DNA of 64,000 bases from Gammaproteobacteria bacterium (lineage in GTDB: Bacteria; Pseudomonadota; Gammaproteobacteria; UBA4575). Location: assembly GCA_965243395.1 (NCBI GenBank), contig CBDEUS010000001.1, forward strand, positions 192,001 to 256,000, given 5' to 3'. The notes below the pieces were generated by a model, which was not told the DNA's origin, made no database searches, and worked only from the letters and a program-made list of their open reading frames with translations. Below, one piece after another: positions 32,988-43,328 of the stretch; position 1 is the stretch's first letter, and the number at the start of each line of letters is the position of its first letter. The translations under genes were made by a program, and so were the position numbers.

Positions 32988-35336
32988 ATGACATACACTC
33001 TCAAGTTAAAAGATGTAGGGATCAGTGATGTATCTGTAGTGGGTGGGAAAAATGCATCGCTTGGTGAGATGATTCATCATCTTACAGAAAAGGGTGTTCG
33101 TGTTCCTGGTGGTTTTGCAACAACTGCCGATGCATTTCAAGAATTTTTAGATACAAACAAATTAACATCATCAATAAATCAATTATTAGATGGTTTAGAT
33201 GTTAATAATATACAAGAGCTTTCAAAAACAGGTCGAGAGATTCGCGATTTAATTGCAAATGCTCCTTTGCCTGATAACCTTCTAAATGCAATAAGAGATT
33301 CCTATGCAGAAATGGAAAAGGAATTGGGTGAAAACATTGCAGTCGCTGTTCGATCATCTGCAACGGCTGAAGATTTGCCCGAAGCATCTTTCGCTGGCCA
33401 GCAAGAAAGCTATTTAAATATCTCAGGTATAGACGCAGTTATAAAGTCGGTGAAGCAAGTGTATTCTTCCTTGTTTAACGATCGGGCGATTGCTTATCGT
33501 GTTCATAAAGGTTTTCAGCATAGTGATGTCTCCATTTCTGTTGGAGTACAGCAAATGGTTCGTAGCGATTTAGCTTCAAGTGGCGTTATGTTTACACTTG
33601 ATACGGAATCAGGTTTTCGAGACGCTGTTTTTATTACCGCAAGTTATGGATTAGGAGAGGCAGTTGTACAAGGCGAAGTAAATCCAGATGAATTTTATGT
33701 CTTTAAGCCAACCTTAAAACTTAATAAACCAGCTATTACTTTTCGTTCGCTTGGAAGTAAAAGAATGAAAATGATTTATGACACCAGCGGTGGCGTGAAG
33801 AAGGTTGATGTTTCTGTAGAAGAGCAAAATAACTTCTGTATTTCTGACGATGATGTTGAAGAACTTGCACGTATAGGTTGTTTAATTGAAGAAAAATATC
33901 AATGCCCAATGGATATTGAATGGGCGAAAGATGGAGTTACAGAGAAGTTATATATTGTACAAGCACGTCCCGAAACCGTAATGAGTCAAAACCATCAAGC
34001 TGTTGAACGTTATACCTTGAATAACAGGTCTGACGTTTTGGTAACAGGAAGAAGTATCGGTCAGAAAATTGCAAAAGGCACAGTCAGTGTAATTGACAGT
34101 ATTGAAAACATTGAAGACTTAAAAGATGGAGAAGTTTTAGTTACAGATATGACTGATCCGGATTGGGAGCCTGTAATGCAACGTGCTTCTGCAATCGTAA
34201 CGAATCGGGGTGGTCGAACATGTCATGCTGCAATTATTGCGCGTGAACTTGGTGTACCCGCAATTGTAGGGTGTGGTGATGCTACAGAAAAGTTGTCCCA
34301 AAAACAGAGTGTGACAATTTCCTGTGCAGAGGGTGATACAGGATACGTTTATAGCGGCGAACTTGATTATGAGATAAACCGTTTTGAATTGAATAATGTT
34401 CCTGAAATTGACTGCAAAATCATGGCGAATGTTGGCAATCCTTTTAGAGCATTTTCATTTTCACAAATTCCCAATGATGGGGTCGGTTTGGCAAGACTGG
34501 AATTTATAATTAACAAAATGGTCGGTGTGCATCCCCAAGCATTGTTGGAATTTAATTCATTAACAAAAGAACTTCAGGAAAATATTAAATCATTGATGGT
34601 TCCTTATCAGGACCCCATTGAATTTTATATTGATAAGTTACGGCAAGGAGTATCAACAATAGCCGCCGCATTTTATCCAAAACCGGTAATCGTGCGTTTA
34701 TCTGATTTTAAATCAAATGAATACGCGCATATGACAGGCGGGAATCTTTATGAGCCTAGAGAAGAAAACCCCATGATTGGTTTTCGTGGGGCATCGCGAT
34801 ACATATCTGATTCATTTAAATCATCTTTTGAACTTGAATGCAGGGCTCTTAAAATCGTTCGTGAAGAAATGAATCTGACAAATGTAAAAATTATGGTTCC
34901 TTTTGTACGAACAACGAAAGAAGCCAAACAGGTCATTGAACTGCTTAAGCAGAATGGACTTGAGAGGGGCAAAGATGGTTTAGAAGTTATTATGATGTGC
35001 GAGATTCCAAGTAACGCGATACTTGCTGAAGCATTTTTAGAGTACTTTGACGGTTTTTCAATTGGTTCTAACGATCTCACTCAGATGACATTAGCTTTAG
35101 ACCGAGACTCAGAAATCATTGCAGATAAATTTGATGAAAGAAACGAAGCTGTGAAAGTTTTAATCCAGAATGTAATTCAGGCGTGTAAAAAATCTAAAAA
35201 ATATATTGGTATCTGTGGTCAAGGGCCATCTGACTACCCTGATTTTGCTGAATGGCTATTAGATGCAGGTATAGACAGTATATCGCTCAACCCAGATTCA
35301 ATTGTTGATACGATGATGCAGTTAGGAAAAAACTAA
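32988..35336 (+). CDS. ppsA: Phosphoenolpyruvate synthase
   Basis: GGKNASLGEM, RSSATAED, GGRTCHAAIIARELG, FSIGSNDLTQ. Confidence 0.97.
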   Translation: MTYTLKLKDVGISDVSVVGGKNASLGEMIHHLTEKGVRVPGGFATTADAFQEFLDTNKLTSSINQLLDGLDVNNIQELSKTGREIRDLIANAPLPDNLLNAIRDSYAEMEKELGENIAVAVRSSATAEDLPEASFAGQQESYLNISGIDAVIKSVKQVYSSLFNDRAIAYRVHKGFQHSDVSISVGVQQMVRSDLASSGVMFTLDTESGFRDAVFITASYGLGEAVVQGEVNPDEFYVFKPTLKLNKPAITFRSLGSKRMKMIYDTSGGVKKVDVSVEEQNNFCISDDDVEELARIGCLIEEKYQCPMDIEWAKDGVTEKLYIVQARPETVMSQNHQAVERYTLNNRSDVLVTGRSIGQKIAKGTVSVIDSIENIEDLKDGEVLVTDMTDPDWEPVMQRASAIVTNRGGRTCHAAIIARELGVPAIVGCGDATEKLSQKQSVTISCAEGDTGYVYSGELDYEINRFELNNVPEIDCKIMANVGNPFRAFSFSQIPNDGVGLARLEFIINKMVGVHPQALLEFNSLTKELQENIKSLMVPYQDPIEFYIDKLRQGVSTIAAAFYPKPVIVRLSDFKSNEYAHMTGGNLYEPREENPMIGFRGASRYISDSFKSSFELECRALKIVREEMNLTNVKIMVPFVRTTKEAKQVIELLKQNGLERGKDGLEVIMMCEIPSNAILAEAFLEYFDGFSIGSNDLTQMTLALDRDSEIIADKFDERNEAVKVLIQNVIQACKKSKKYIGICGQGPSDYPDFAEWLLDAGIDSISLNPDSIVDTMMQLGKN

Positions 35337-35372
35337 AATTGCGTCAAGTACTGATTCTTTATTTTCTTAATT

Positions 35373-36206
35373 CTACCAGTTGCGTTCAATTTTCAAATGT
35401 AACGCATGGATAATTTTTGTTGCAATTTCTTCAATTGATATTGATGTAGTATCTATATTAATTATATTTTGTTTTGCAAAGATTTCTTCAGTGTGGCGAA
35501 TTTCAAAAGCACATTGTTTTAACGTTGCGTAGTTACTATTGGGTCTTCTTTTTTCTCGAATGTCAGAAAGTTGTTCTGGTGAAATTGTAAGCCCAATAAG
35601 TTTGTGTTTTACTTTTTTTATTGCTTCCGGTAATTCCAGTGATTCAAAATCTGAATCGGCGATAGGGTAATTAGCCGTTTTTAGTTCATAATGCATTGCT
35701 AGATATAAACAGGTCGGTGTTTTTCCACTTCTTGATACTCCTGTTATTACAACATCAGCGTCTTGCAAGTCATCAGCAAGCAAGCCATCGTCATGGCTTA
35801 AGGCATAATTAAATGCATCCATTCGATGGTTATAGGAATTATGATTACCTAATCCATGCATAATACCTGATGCTGAAGAGGCTTGAGTTGCCAAATCTGA
35901 TTCCATGGAAGGAATGAATGTTGAGAAAATATCATATACAGGTATGTTTTCTTCAGTGAATAACGATTTTATTTCAGTATTGGTCAAGCTTGTGAAAACT
36001 AAAGGCTGTAATCCAGTTTGTTCTTTTTGTAAATGAATTTGTTGAATTACATCTTTTGCAATTTCAGTGTCAGACACAAATGGAAAAACAACTTCATTAA
36101 TTTCGACATCTGGAAACTGAGTAAATAATGATTCAGCCAATGCGGTGATGGTTATTGCGGTACCATCAGAGACAAACACTACGTTTTGTTTGCGTTTCTC
36201 AGTCAT
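35373..36206 (-). CDS. ppsR: PEP synthase regulatory kinase/pyrophosphorylase
   Basis: VSDGTAIT, HDDG, GVSRSGKTPT, SIEEIA. Confidence 0.92.
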   Translation of the reverse strand: MTEKRKQNVVFVSDGTAITITALAESLFTQFPDVEINEVVFPFVSDTEIAKDVIQQIHLQKEQTGLQPLVFTSLTNTEIKSLFTEENIPVYDIFSTFIPSMESDLATQASSASGIMHGLGNHNSYNHRMDAFNYALSHDDGLLADDLQDADVVITGVSRSGKTPTCLYLAMHYELKTANYPIADSDFESLELPEAIKKVKHKLIGLTISPEQLSDIREKRRPNSNYATLKQCAFEIRHTEEIFAKQNIINIDTTSISIEEIATKIIHALHLKIERNW

Positions 36207-36585
36207 CGAAAATGAGCCTATCAAAATTATTACGAGAAATAAAAATATATTATCTATATATGAATCTTATAAAATTTAATTGAAGCTATTGAGTAATATG
36301 GGCAAACAGCTTAGCTTAGTAAGTCAAAATTTTGATTCGTAAAGATTGTTAATATGCAAATTACTGAAAATACATAATCTAACTTCTCACAAAGTATTAG
36401 TATCTGAAATTTACCAGTTTTGGTCCTGTGAAAAATTCAATATGTATCACCTCTGCTATGGTTATGTTTATTACGTATTTGAGTGATATAATCACCCGCG
36501 CCCAAATTAGGCTTAAAAAGACTGGAGATTAGGGCAATAAGATTAATTGACTATTTTATTAATTATCTAGGACCGAACTTTTATC

Positions 36586-37560
36586 ATGATTCGCCAAAGA
36601 ATCTTACCCGCTGACAGTAATTTAATGGTGTTCACAGGCAATGCACACCCAAAACTTGCACAAGACATTTGTGATGATTTGAACATACCGCTAGGCAAAG
36701 CATTAGTCAGCAATTTCAGTGATGGAGAAGTACAGGTTGAAATCCAGGAAAATGTTCGTGGTAAAGATGTCTTTTTAGTCCAGCCAACGTGTATGCCAAC
36801 CAATGATAATGTCATGGAGTTGCTGATCATGGTGGATGCCTTAAAACGATCTTCGGCTGAGCGTATTACCACGGTGATTCCATATTTTGGTTACTCCAGA
36901 CAGGATCGACGTGTTCGCTCTATACGAGTGCCGATCTCAGCTAAAGTTATCGCAAACCTCTTGCAAGTTGCGGGCGCAGACCGCGTATTAACCGTTGATT
37001 TACATGCTGACCAAATTCAAGGCTTCTTCGATATTCCAGTAGACAATATTTATGCATCTCCCATTTTGTTAGGCGATGTATATAAACGTAAAGACCCTAA
37101 TTTAATTGTGGTCTCGCCGGATGTGGGCGGTGTTGTGCGTGCACGTGCACTTGCGAAGCGGTTAGATGATGCAGATCTTGCCATTATCGATAAACGACGT
37201 CCGGAGGCCAACAAAGCCGAAGTCATGCATATCATCGGTGAGGTGGAAGGAAAATCTTGTTACATCATTGATGATCTGGTGGATACGGCGGGCACACTGT
37301 GCCAGGCGGCTAAAGCCTTAAAAGAACATGGGGCAGAGAGTGTGAGAGCCTATGCCACGCATCCTGTGCTCTCGGGTAGGGCAGTAGAAAATCTTGAGAA
37401 TTCTATGCTGGATGAATTGGTGGTAACTGATACAATTCCGCTCCGCGAAGAAGCTACCCACTGTACCCGGATTCGCCAGGTTGGCGTGTCAGGTTTGGTA
37501 GCCGAATCAATGCGCCGAATCAACCAAGAGGAATCTGTGAGTACCTTATATATGGATTAA
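36586..37560 (+). CDS. prs: Ribose-phosphate pyrophosphokinase
   Basis: [35 protein letters not shown]. Confidence 0.97.
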   Translation: MIRQRILPADSNLMVFTGNAHPKLAQDICDDLNIPLGKALVSNFSDGEVQVEIQENVRGKDVFLVQPTCMPTNDNVMELLIMVDALKRSSAERITTVIPYFGYSRQDRRVRSIRVPISAKVIANLLQVAGADRVLTVDLHADQIQGFFDIPVDNIYASPILLGDVYKRKDPNLIVVSPDVGGVVRARALAKRLDDADLAIIDKRRPEANKAEVMHIIGEVEGKSCYIIDDLVDTAGTLCQAAKALKEHGAESVRAYATHPVLSGRAVENLENSMLDELVVTDTIPLREEATHCTRIRQVGVSGLVAESMRRINQEESVSTLYMD

Positions 37561-37619
37561 GGTATATGGGCATGTTGAGGCTTAGTAGCAGAAAATAAAG
37601 AAAGTTTGGAGAAATATTA

Positions 37620-38327
37620 ATGAGTGCCGATTTTACATTAAATGCCGAAATGCGTGACGATTCGCAGCTAGGCAAAGGAGCGAGTCGCAGATTACGTCGT
37701 ATGGGCAAAGTACCTGCAGTTATATATGGAGGTGGAGAAGACCCCGTTTCCGTAACATTTGATCACGACTCATTGATGCATAGCTTAGACCAAGAAGCTT
37801 TCTATTCCCATATTCTAACTGTCGATGTTGCAGGTAAATCACAGCGTGCGATCTTGCGTGATTTACAACGCCATCCTTATAAACCAACTGTTTTACATAT
37901 GGATCTTTTGCGGGTTCGTGAAGACACCGCAATTAATGTGCATGTACCTTTACACTTTTTAAACGAAGATACTTGTCATGGTGTAAAAATGGAAGGCGGC
38001 GCAATCAGCCATAACATTGTTGAAATTGAAATTTCATGCTTACCAAAAGATTTGCCAGAGTTTATTGAAGTAGATACTGCTGACCTGAAGTTAAATGAAG
38101 CTATTCATCTCAGTGAGATCAAAGTTCCAGAAGGCGTTACTATCGTCGAGTTATCTCATGGAGAAGGGCATGATCACGTAGTTGTTTCGGTTCATGTTAA
38201 ACGCGCTGTAGAGGAAGAAGAACCTGTGGTCGCTGAAGAAGGTGAAGAGGTTGCAGAAGAGGATACTGAAACTAAAGCGGAAGGTGATGACAAGGAAGAA
38301 GAAAAATCATCAGGAGATGATTCATAA
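37620..38327 (+). CDS. rplY: 50S ribosomal protein L25/Ctc
   Basis: [19 protein letters not shown], acidic tail. Confidence 0.95.
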   Translation: MSADFTLNAEMRDDSQLGKGASRRLRRMGKVPAVIYGGGEDPVSVTFDHDSLMHSLDQEAFYSHILTVDVAGKSQRAILRDLQRHPYKPTVLHMDLLRVREDTAINVHVPLHFLNEDTCHGVKMEGGAISHNIVEIEISCLPKDLPEFIEVDTADLKLNEAIHLSEIKVPEGVTIVELSHGEGHDHVVVSVHVKRAVEEEEPVVAEEGEEVAEEDTETKAEGDDKEEEKSSGDDS

Positions 38328-38339
38328 CTAATCTCACTT

Positions 38340-38924
38340 GTGTCTAATCATAAAGGCATACGACTGATTGTCGGACTTGGCAATCCAGGAGAAAAGCATG
38401 AACAAACCCGGCATAACGCCGGGTTTTGGTTTGTGGATGCTCTGGCTCGCAGAGAAAATTCAATATTCAAACACGAAGTTAAGTTCAAAGGCGAAGTAAC
38501 GCATTTTAGTTGCCATGGGCAAAAAATCTGGTTGCTTAAACCTCAAACCTATATGAATGATAGTGGCGAATCACTTCGACCATTTTGTGATTTTTATAAA
38601 ATCCCCACCGAACAAATTTTAGTAGCCCATGATGAAATAGATTTACCCAATGGTGAGGTTAAAATTAAATGGTCAGGGGGTCATGGTGGGCACAATGGTT
38701 TGCGTAGTATTTTTGCACATTTAAATAAAGACTTTTGGCGTTTACGTATTGGTGTTGGGCATCCTGGCCATAAAGACCAAGTTGTCAACTACGTATTAAA
38801 AAGAGTGAATCAACAAGACCGTGCAGAAATTGATAACGCGATTATTGATGTCATGAACTGTGTAGAAGAATTTGTTGAGGGCAATATTGATTCTGCAATG
38901 AAAAAATTGCACACAAAAGGTTGA
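38340..38924 (+). CDS. pth: Peptidyl-tRNA hydrolase
   Basis: [31 protein letters not shown]. Confidence 0.96.
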   Translation: MSNHKGIRLIVGLGNPGEKHEQTRHNAGFWFVDALARRENSIFKHEVKFKGEVTHFSCHGQKIWLLKPQTYMNDSGESLRPFCDFYKIPTEQILVAHDEIDLPNGEVKIKWSGGHGGHNGLRSIFAHLNKDFWRLRIGVGHPGHKDQVVNYVLKRVNQQDRAEIDNAIIDVMNCVEEFVEGNIDSAMKKLHTKG

Positions 38925-38928
38925 TGCA

Positions 38929-40020
38929 ATGGGATTCAAGTGTGGAATTGTAGGTATGCCTAACGTTGGCAAATCAACACTCTTTAATGCTTTAACTGCA
39001 ACTGAAATTGCAGCAGAAAATTATCCGTTCTGCACTATTGATCCAAATGTAGGCATTGTTCCAGTGCCGGATTCACGCTTAGACACACTCGCCAAGATTG
39101 CATCTTCAGCGGAAGTCATTCCAACGACTATAGAGTTTGTAGATATTGCAGGGTTGGTTGCAGGAGCATCTAAAGGCGAAGGATTGGGTAATCAATTTTT
39201 AGGGCATATTCGCGAAACCGATGCTATAGCACATGTGGTGCGTTGTTTTGATGATGAAAATATTGTTCATGTAGATGGAAAAGTTGATCCAATTTCAGAC
39301 CTTGAAACCATTTATACAGAATTAATATTGGCAGATTTAGAATCCGTTGATAAAGCGATTGCAAAAGTAGAACGTATTGCCAAGTCTGGAAATAAAGAAG
39401 CTTTAGCACAAGTAGAACTTTATAAAAAACTAAAAGATCATCTCGAAAACGAAAAAGATGCTTTTAGTTTTGAAATAAGTAAAGAACAAGCACCGCTTCT
39501 TCGCGAGCTTCATTTGATTACCGCTAAACCGGTATTTTATATTGCTAATGTTGCAGAAGATGGTTTTGAGAATAATGAGCATTTGAAAAAACTTGAAGAG
39601 TTAGCAAAAAAAAGATCAGTTCAAGTGATTCCAGTCTGTGCGCAAATTGAAGCCGAACTTGCTCAGTTAGATGATGCAGAACAAAAAGAATATTTAGCAG
39701 AATTAGGTTTAGAAGAACCAGGTTTAAACCGGGTAATACGCGCAGGTTACGAGTTGCTCGGGCTGCAAACATTTTTTACTGCTGGTCCAAAAGAAGCGCG
39801 TGCCTGGACAGTTGCAAAGGGTGCAACCGCACCACAAGCGGCAGGCAAGATTCACACCGATTTTGAAAAAGGATTTATCCGCGCCGAAGTAGTGGCCTAT
39901 CAGGACTATGTGGATGCCAACGGTGAGGCAGGGGCCAAAGATGCCGGTAAATGGCGCCTGGAAGGGAAAGAATATGTAATGCAGGAAGCGGATGTGGTCC
40001 ACTTTAGGTTTAATGTTTAA
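38929..40020 (+). CDS. ychF: Redox-regulated ATPase YchF
   Basis: [41 protein letters not shown]. Confidence 0.97.
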   Translation: MGFKCGIVGMPNVGKSTLFNALTATEIAAENYPFCTIDPNVGIVPVPDSRLDTLAKIASSAEVIPTTIEFVDIAGLVAGASKGEGLGNQFLGHIRETDAIAHVVRCFDDENIVHVDGKVDPISDLETIYTELILADLESVDKAIAKVERIAKSGNKEALAQVELYKKLKDHLENEKDAFSFEISKEQAPLLRELHLITAKPVFYIANVAEDGFENNEHLKKLEELAKKRSVQVIPVCAQIEAELAQLDDAEQKEYLAELGLEEPGLNRVIRAGYELLGLQTFFTAGPKEARAWTVAKGATAPQAAGKIHTDFEKGFIRAEVVAYQDYVDANGEAGAKDAGKWRLEGKEYVMQEADVVHFRFNV

Positions 40021-40099
40021 TACTTTTGGGTAGAATTGACAGTTTGCAGGGCGTTATATAAGGTCCGCTATCCCAAATCATGGGTCAATCTAAGCATAT

Positions 40100-40176
40100 G
40101 GCTATGTAGCTCAGTTGGTTAGAGCACAGCATTCATAATGCTGGGGTCATTGGTTCAAGTCCAATCATAGCCACCA
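40100..40176 (+). tRNA. tRNA-Met(CAT), elongator type; integration target
   Basis: GGCTATG/CATAGCC acceptor stem, anticodon loop TTCATAA, CCA end; closely resembles enterobacterial elongator tRNA-Met. Confidence 0.95.
40132..40176 (+). repeat. attL core (3' half of tRNA-Met)
   Basis: TTCATAATGCTGGGGTCATTGGTTCAAGTCCAATCATAGCCACCA, identical to 60651-60695. Confidence 0.95.
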
Positions 40177-40233
40177 TTTAAATCAATAAGTTATATGATT
40201 ATTGATCATTATCAAGAATGGCTGATCTAGTCA

Positions 40234-40252
40234 TTCCTGCACAATTCCTGCA
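40234..40252 (+). promoter_or_regulatory. Putative integrase arm-type binding site (left)
   Basis: TTCCTGCACAATTCCTGCA, identical to 60500-60518. Confidence 0.7.
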
Positions 40253-40293
40253 AACAGTTCGAATTTGCGCCTTTTTATACTTATATACTGTTT

Positions 40294-40323
40294 TATGTTT
40301 TCTTTCAGCTAATAGCAATCATT
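40294..40323. repeat. Degenerate B half-site (left end of array)
   Basis: TATGTTTTCT-TTCAGCTAAT-AGCAATCATT versus B consensus nATGWCYGCT-TTCGGCCAAT-AGCGGWCATT. Confidence 0.6.
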
Positions 40324-40326
40324 TAG

Positions 40327-40716
40327 TTATTTCTTGGAGACAACTACCATTTCTTTAATTTCAAGTTCTACTTCTGTGCCATATCCTAACTTCCATGTTG
40401 GGAATGGAGCTATTAACAAAGCAATCCAGCCTTGCATCGTTGTTACTTTAACTAATCCGAGATTTTGGTCCTCATCTGAAATCTGGTATGTGTCAATGCA
40501 ATGTGTAGGAATAATGCCGAGTGTTAGTACATAGAACATTGGTTCAAAACAATGAGCACCCTCTGGAAATTCGTTCTCTTTTGTTACTGAAATTTCTTCG
40601 AGACCTTTTTGTGATAATTGTAATTCGCTCTCTGGAACGACCTTATACGTGGCACAAGCAGGCAGAAATAATGCCAAAATAAGTGGAATAAGTACTTTTA
40701 TATTGTATTGCTTCAT
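40327..40716 (-). CDS. Cassette gene: hypothetical lipoprotein
   Basis: Lipobox FLPAC; 129 aa. Confidence 0.75.
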   Translation of the reverse strand: MKQYNIKVLIPLILALFLPACATYKVVPESELQLSQKGLEEISVTKENEFPEGAHCFEPMFYVLTLGIIPTHCIDTYQISDEDQNLGLVKVTTMQGWIALLIAPFPTWKLGYGTEVELEIKEMVVVSKK

Positions 40717-40728
40717 ACAGACCTAATA

Positions 40729-40758
40729 AATTTCCGCTTTCGGCCAATAACGGACATT
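40729..40758. repeat. Single 30-bp palindrome with B core (collapsed site)
   Basis: AATTTCCGCT-TTCGGCCAAT-AACGGACATT. Confidence 0.85.
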
Positions 40759-40767
40759 TGTTCAAAA

Positions 40768-41139
40768 TTAATTACGACGTTTTCGTGGTTTAGCAACTAC
40801 TTGCCAACCATCTTCATAAATAATGATTCCTGGATCATCTGTTTTTAATGTATCTATGATAATTCCATGTTCTTCAAGTATAGCTTTTATAGCCCAAATT
40901 CTTTTTAGTGGCTCCTTAGCCTCGGGTTTAAACCAAGAAATTGCTCTAAAATGCTCTTCATCCTTTAATTCTGGAGGACTCTTTAAATGCTCCTTCAACC
41001 ATTCAATATTTTTTAATAATTCATTTTCTAAATACGTTTCTAGCTTTAAGCTATCTCTTAGCTCAAATGCAATTTGGAAAATTCCTAGATAGCTATTACT
41101 GCCTTTATTCTTAATTCGTCCTTGAAATCGGATAAACAT
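40768..41139 (-). CDS. Cassette gene: hypothetical protein
   Basis: 123 aa ending PGIIIYEDGWQVVAKP; fits exactly between repeats. Confidence 0.75.
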   Translation of the reverse strand: MFIRFQGRIKNKGSNSYLGIFQIAFELRDSLKLETYLENELLKNIEWLKEHLKSPPELKDEEHFRAISWFKPEAKEPLKRIWAIKAILEEHGIIIDTLKTDDPGIIIYEDGWQVVAKPRKRRN

Positions 41140-41161
41140 TCTTCAAATTATTTTAATTTAC

Positions 41162-41264
41162 AATGTCCGCTTTGGGTCGTTAGGAGACATTTTGCGCTTG
41201 TATGTAATTGATTCCAACCTACCACTTCTCATTTTATGACTGCTTTCGGCCATTAGCGGTCATT
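41162..41264. repeat. Full bipartite site 1 (A 41162-41191, 43-bp linker, B 41235-41264)
   Basis: AATGTCCGCTTTGGGTCGTTAGGAGACATT ... ATTCCAACC ... TATGACTGCTTTCGGCCATTAGCGGTCATT. Confidence 0.92.
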
Positions 41265-41655
41265 TGGAGTAATGAAATTGTTTATAAACTATCGTTGCAA
41301 CACTAATATTTATTAAAACAAATATTAACCCTGGGATAAGACTTATAATGCTGTTTTGAAATCCAAAAAACTTCCAGTCTGTATTTATAATTTCATATAT
41401 CCACCATCCAGTATTAAATAACACTATTAAGTAGAAAATATATTGAGACCAGTTTCTATTCGCGAATAAAGCAATACCAGCTACCAAATATGGCATAGCG
41501 TAAAAAACAAACTTCCAATGTTTGTAAACATAAGCACCCCACAGCAGATATACTCCAGCAAGAATAACAGCTAAAATTGCCAACCATTTTCCCAAAGAAC
41601 TTGTCTTGTTATTTTCTCCTAATTCACTATTTGGTGTTGAATACGGATTATCCAT
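41260..41655 (-). CDS. Cassette gene: 4-TM membrane protein
   Basis: MDNPYSTP N-terminus and four hydrophobic helices; stop codon lies inside the B palindrome. Confidence 0.8.
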   Translation of the reverse strand: MDNPYSTPNSELGENNKTSSLGKWLAILAVILAGVYLLWGAYVYKHWKFVFYAMPYLVAGIALFANRNWSQYIFYLIVLFNTGWWIYEIINTDWKFFGFQNSIISLIPGLIFVLINISVATIVYKQFHYSK

Positions 41656-41673
41656 CTGATTTATTTTATTAAT

Positions 41674-41776
41674 AATGTCTGCTTTGGGTCGTTACCAGAC
41701 ATTTTGCTCTTGTATGCTGTTGAATCCAACCGATTGCGTCCCATTTTTTGTCTCCTTTCGGCCATAAGCGGACATT
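41674..41776. repeat. Full bipartite site 2 (43-bp linker)
   Basis: AATGTCTGCTTTGGGTCGTTACCAGACATT ... AATCCAACC ... TTTGTCTCCTTTCGGCCATAAGCGGACATT. Confidence 0.92.
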
Positions 41777-42258
41777 CAATAACCGTAATATTTTGGGTTC
41801 TCTAAAACAGAACGAGCAGTTTCTTTAGCTTGTTCAGAAGTAAACTTTGCGCGAATAAGAACACCAACAGCACAATTTTCGTCTTTTCTTTTTATGCAAT
41901 TTTCAAACTCATCAGATAAGTTGAAAAACCAAAGTCTTTCATTAACTGTCATTCCTTTGTAACTTTCACTAAACCAAATATCCCATTCAAAATCCTTATC
42001 ATCAATTTTATAACTATCCCCACCCATAACTACATCAATTGCTTGCAAGTATTCATTTTGAGTTAATTCGCATGGCTCCCATTTTATATCTGTACCCAAT
42101 TTCCCATCATCAAATCCTCTTTTAAGTAAAAAATTAATTGTCGTTAAAGAGGGCCAATGCGCCATTTTCTTACAGTAAATAAATGATAAACCCAACTCGA
42201 ATAATCTAGCAGTGCTCTGATGTCCAGATTCAATTATTTGCACATTGTGGAGTTTCAT
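41776..42258 (-). CDS. Cassette gene: hypothetical protein
   Basis: 160 aa with C-terminal GMTVNERL...PKYYGY segment. Confidence 0.75.
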   Translation of the reverse strand: MKLHNVQIIESGHQSTARLFELGLSFIYCKKMAHWPSLTTINFLLKRGFDDGKLGTDIKWEPCELTQNEYLQAIDVVMGGDSYKIDDKDFEWDIWFSESYKGMTVNERLWFFNLSDEFENCIKRKDENCAVGVLIRAKFTSEQAKETARSVLENPKYYGY

Positions 42259-42272
42259 TTTTCTAAATTTAA

Positions 42273-42375
42273 AATGTCCGCTTTGGGTCGTTACCTGACA
42301 TTTTGAACTGGTATGTCTTTGTTTCCAACCTGTTTCATCCTAAATTATGTCTTCTTTCGGCCAGAAGCGGTCATT
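42273..42375. repeat. Full bipartite site 3 (43-bp linker)
   Basis: AATGTCCGCTTTGGGTCGTTACCTGACATT ... TTTCCAACC ... TATGTCTTCTTTCGGCCAGAAGCGGTCATT. Confidence 0.92.
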
Positions 42376-42805
42376 CAATAGTTTTACAGAAAGGCGGATT
42401 GTTGTTTGCGGATTCCAAGCTATTTGGATTTGTAAATGGCCAAATATTTCTATCAAAACCGTTATATTCTTTTGGGAAAAAGCCAAACGTGAATATTCTA
42501 ACTATGCCTCTTACGCAAGCTTTTATTCCTGTTTTTTTAGGCCATAAATATTCATAGTCAGATTTCAAGAATAGAATTACCCTAGCTAATTCTCTTTTAT
42601 GTTCATCTGGTATGCGCCAGTCACCTTTGAGCTTGTGAGTCTTAAAATCATCGTAAAGTGGCCAGCCTGCTTGCCACCATATTTCGTAAATAGCAAGGTC
42701 ATCTGATTCAGGAAGACGGCTTTCAAATTCAAAATTATCTATTTGCCCAGAATAGAAATGTCTTAATAATTCAGCAAATTTGTCTCGTGCTTTTCTATCA
42801 ATCAT
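42371..42805 (-). CDS. Cassette gene: hypothetical protein
   Basis: 144 aa (W-LYDD...ILFLKSDYEYLWP...WPF); stop codon inside the B palindrome. Confidence 0.75.
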   Translation of the reverse strand: MIDRKARDKFAELLRHFYSGQIDNFEFESRLPESDDLAIYEIWWQAGWPLYDDFKTHKLKGDWRIPDEHKRELARVILFLKSDYEYLWPKKTGIKACVRGIVRIFTFGFFPKEYNGFDRNIWPFTNPNSLESANNNPPFCKTIE

Positions 42806-42814
42806 TTTTTTGCG

Positions 42815-42917
42815 AATGTCCGCTTTGGGTCGTTACCGGACATTTTGCTCTTGTATGTAATTGATTCCAATCTACTACTTCTCATTTTTTGACTGCTTTC
42901 GGCCAATAGCGGTCAAA
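42815..42917. repeat. Full bipartite site 4 (43-bp linker)
   Basis: AATGTCCGCTTTGGGTCGTTACCGGACATT ... ATTCCAATC ... TTTGACTGCTTTCGGCCAATAGCGGTCAAA. Confidence 0.92.
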
Positions 42918-43308
42918 ATCTATGTTCATTATCATGATTAATTTTTCCAGTTCCATCATGATATAAATCTAGAACTACTAATCCAGAACCATCGTTACAA
43001 AAGTGTCTTGTTCCATTTTCTAACTCTTCATTTCTGGGGCAAAATATAGCAAGGCTTGTTACTTTATCTGGATCATATTTAAAAGTCGCATACACCAAGT
43101 TCGTATCAATATTATGTTGTTCGTGTATATCAGTAGCGCTTTTCGGCAAGTACTCTGGTAGCCACCCAGCAATCATCATGCCTGCTTCTTTTGCTTCATC
43201 GTAAGTTGAAAAATGAGACTCTGTATTTTCCCAATTTTTGCACCACGAAATTGATAGAAGAATAAGAATTAAGCTACCCGCGATTACTATAATAGATGAC
43301 TTAACCAT
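42913..43308 (-). CDS. Cassette gene: exported/membrane-anchored hypothetical protein (YbbD-like head)
   Basis: N-terminal hydrophobic helix; GWLPEYLPKSATDIHEQHNIDTN; stop codon inside the B palindrome. Confidence 0.7.
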   Translation of the reverse strand: MVKSSIIVIAGSLILILLSISWCKNWENTESHFSTYDEAKEAGMMIAGWLPEYLPKSATDIHEQHNIDTNLVYATFKYDPDKVTSLAIFCPRNEELENGTRHFCNDGSGLVVLDLYHDGTGKINHDNEHRF

Positions 43309-43328
43309 GATGGATTGCGTATTAAGCT

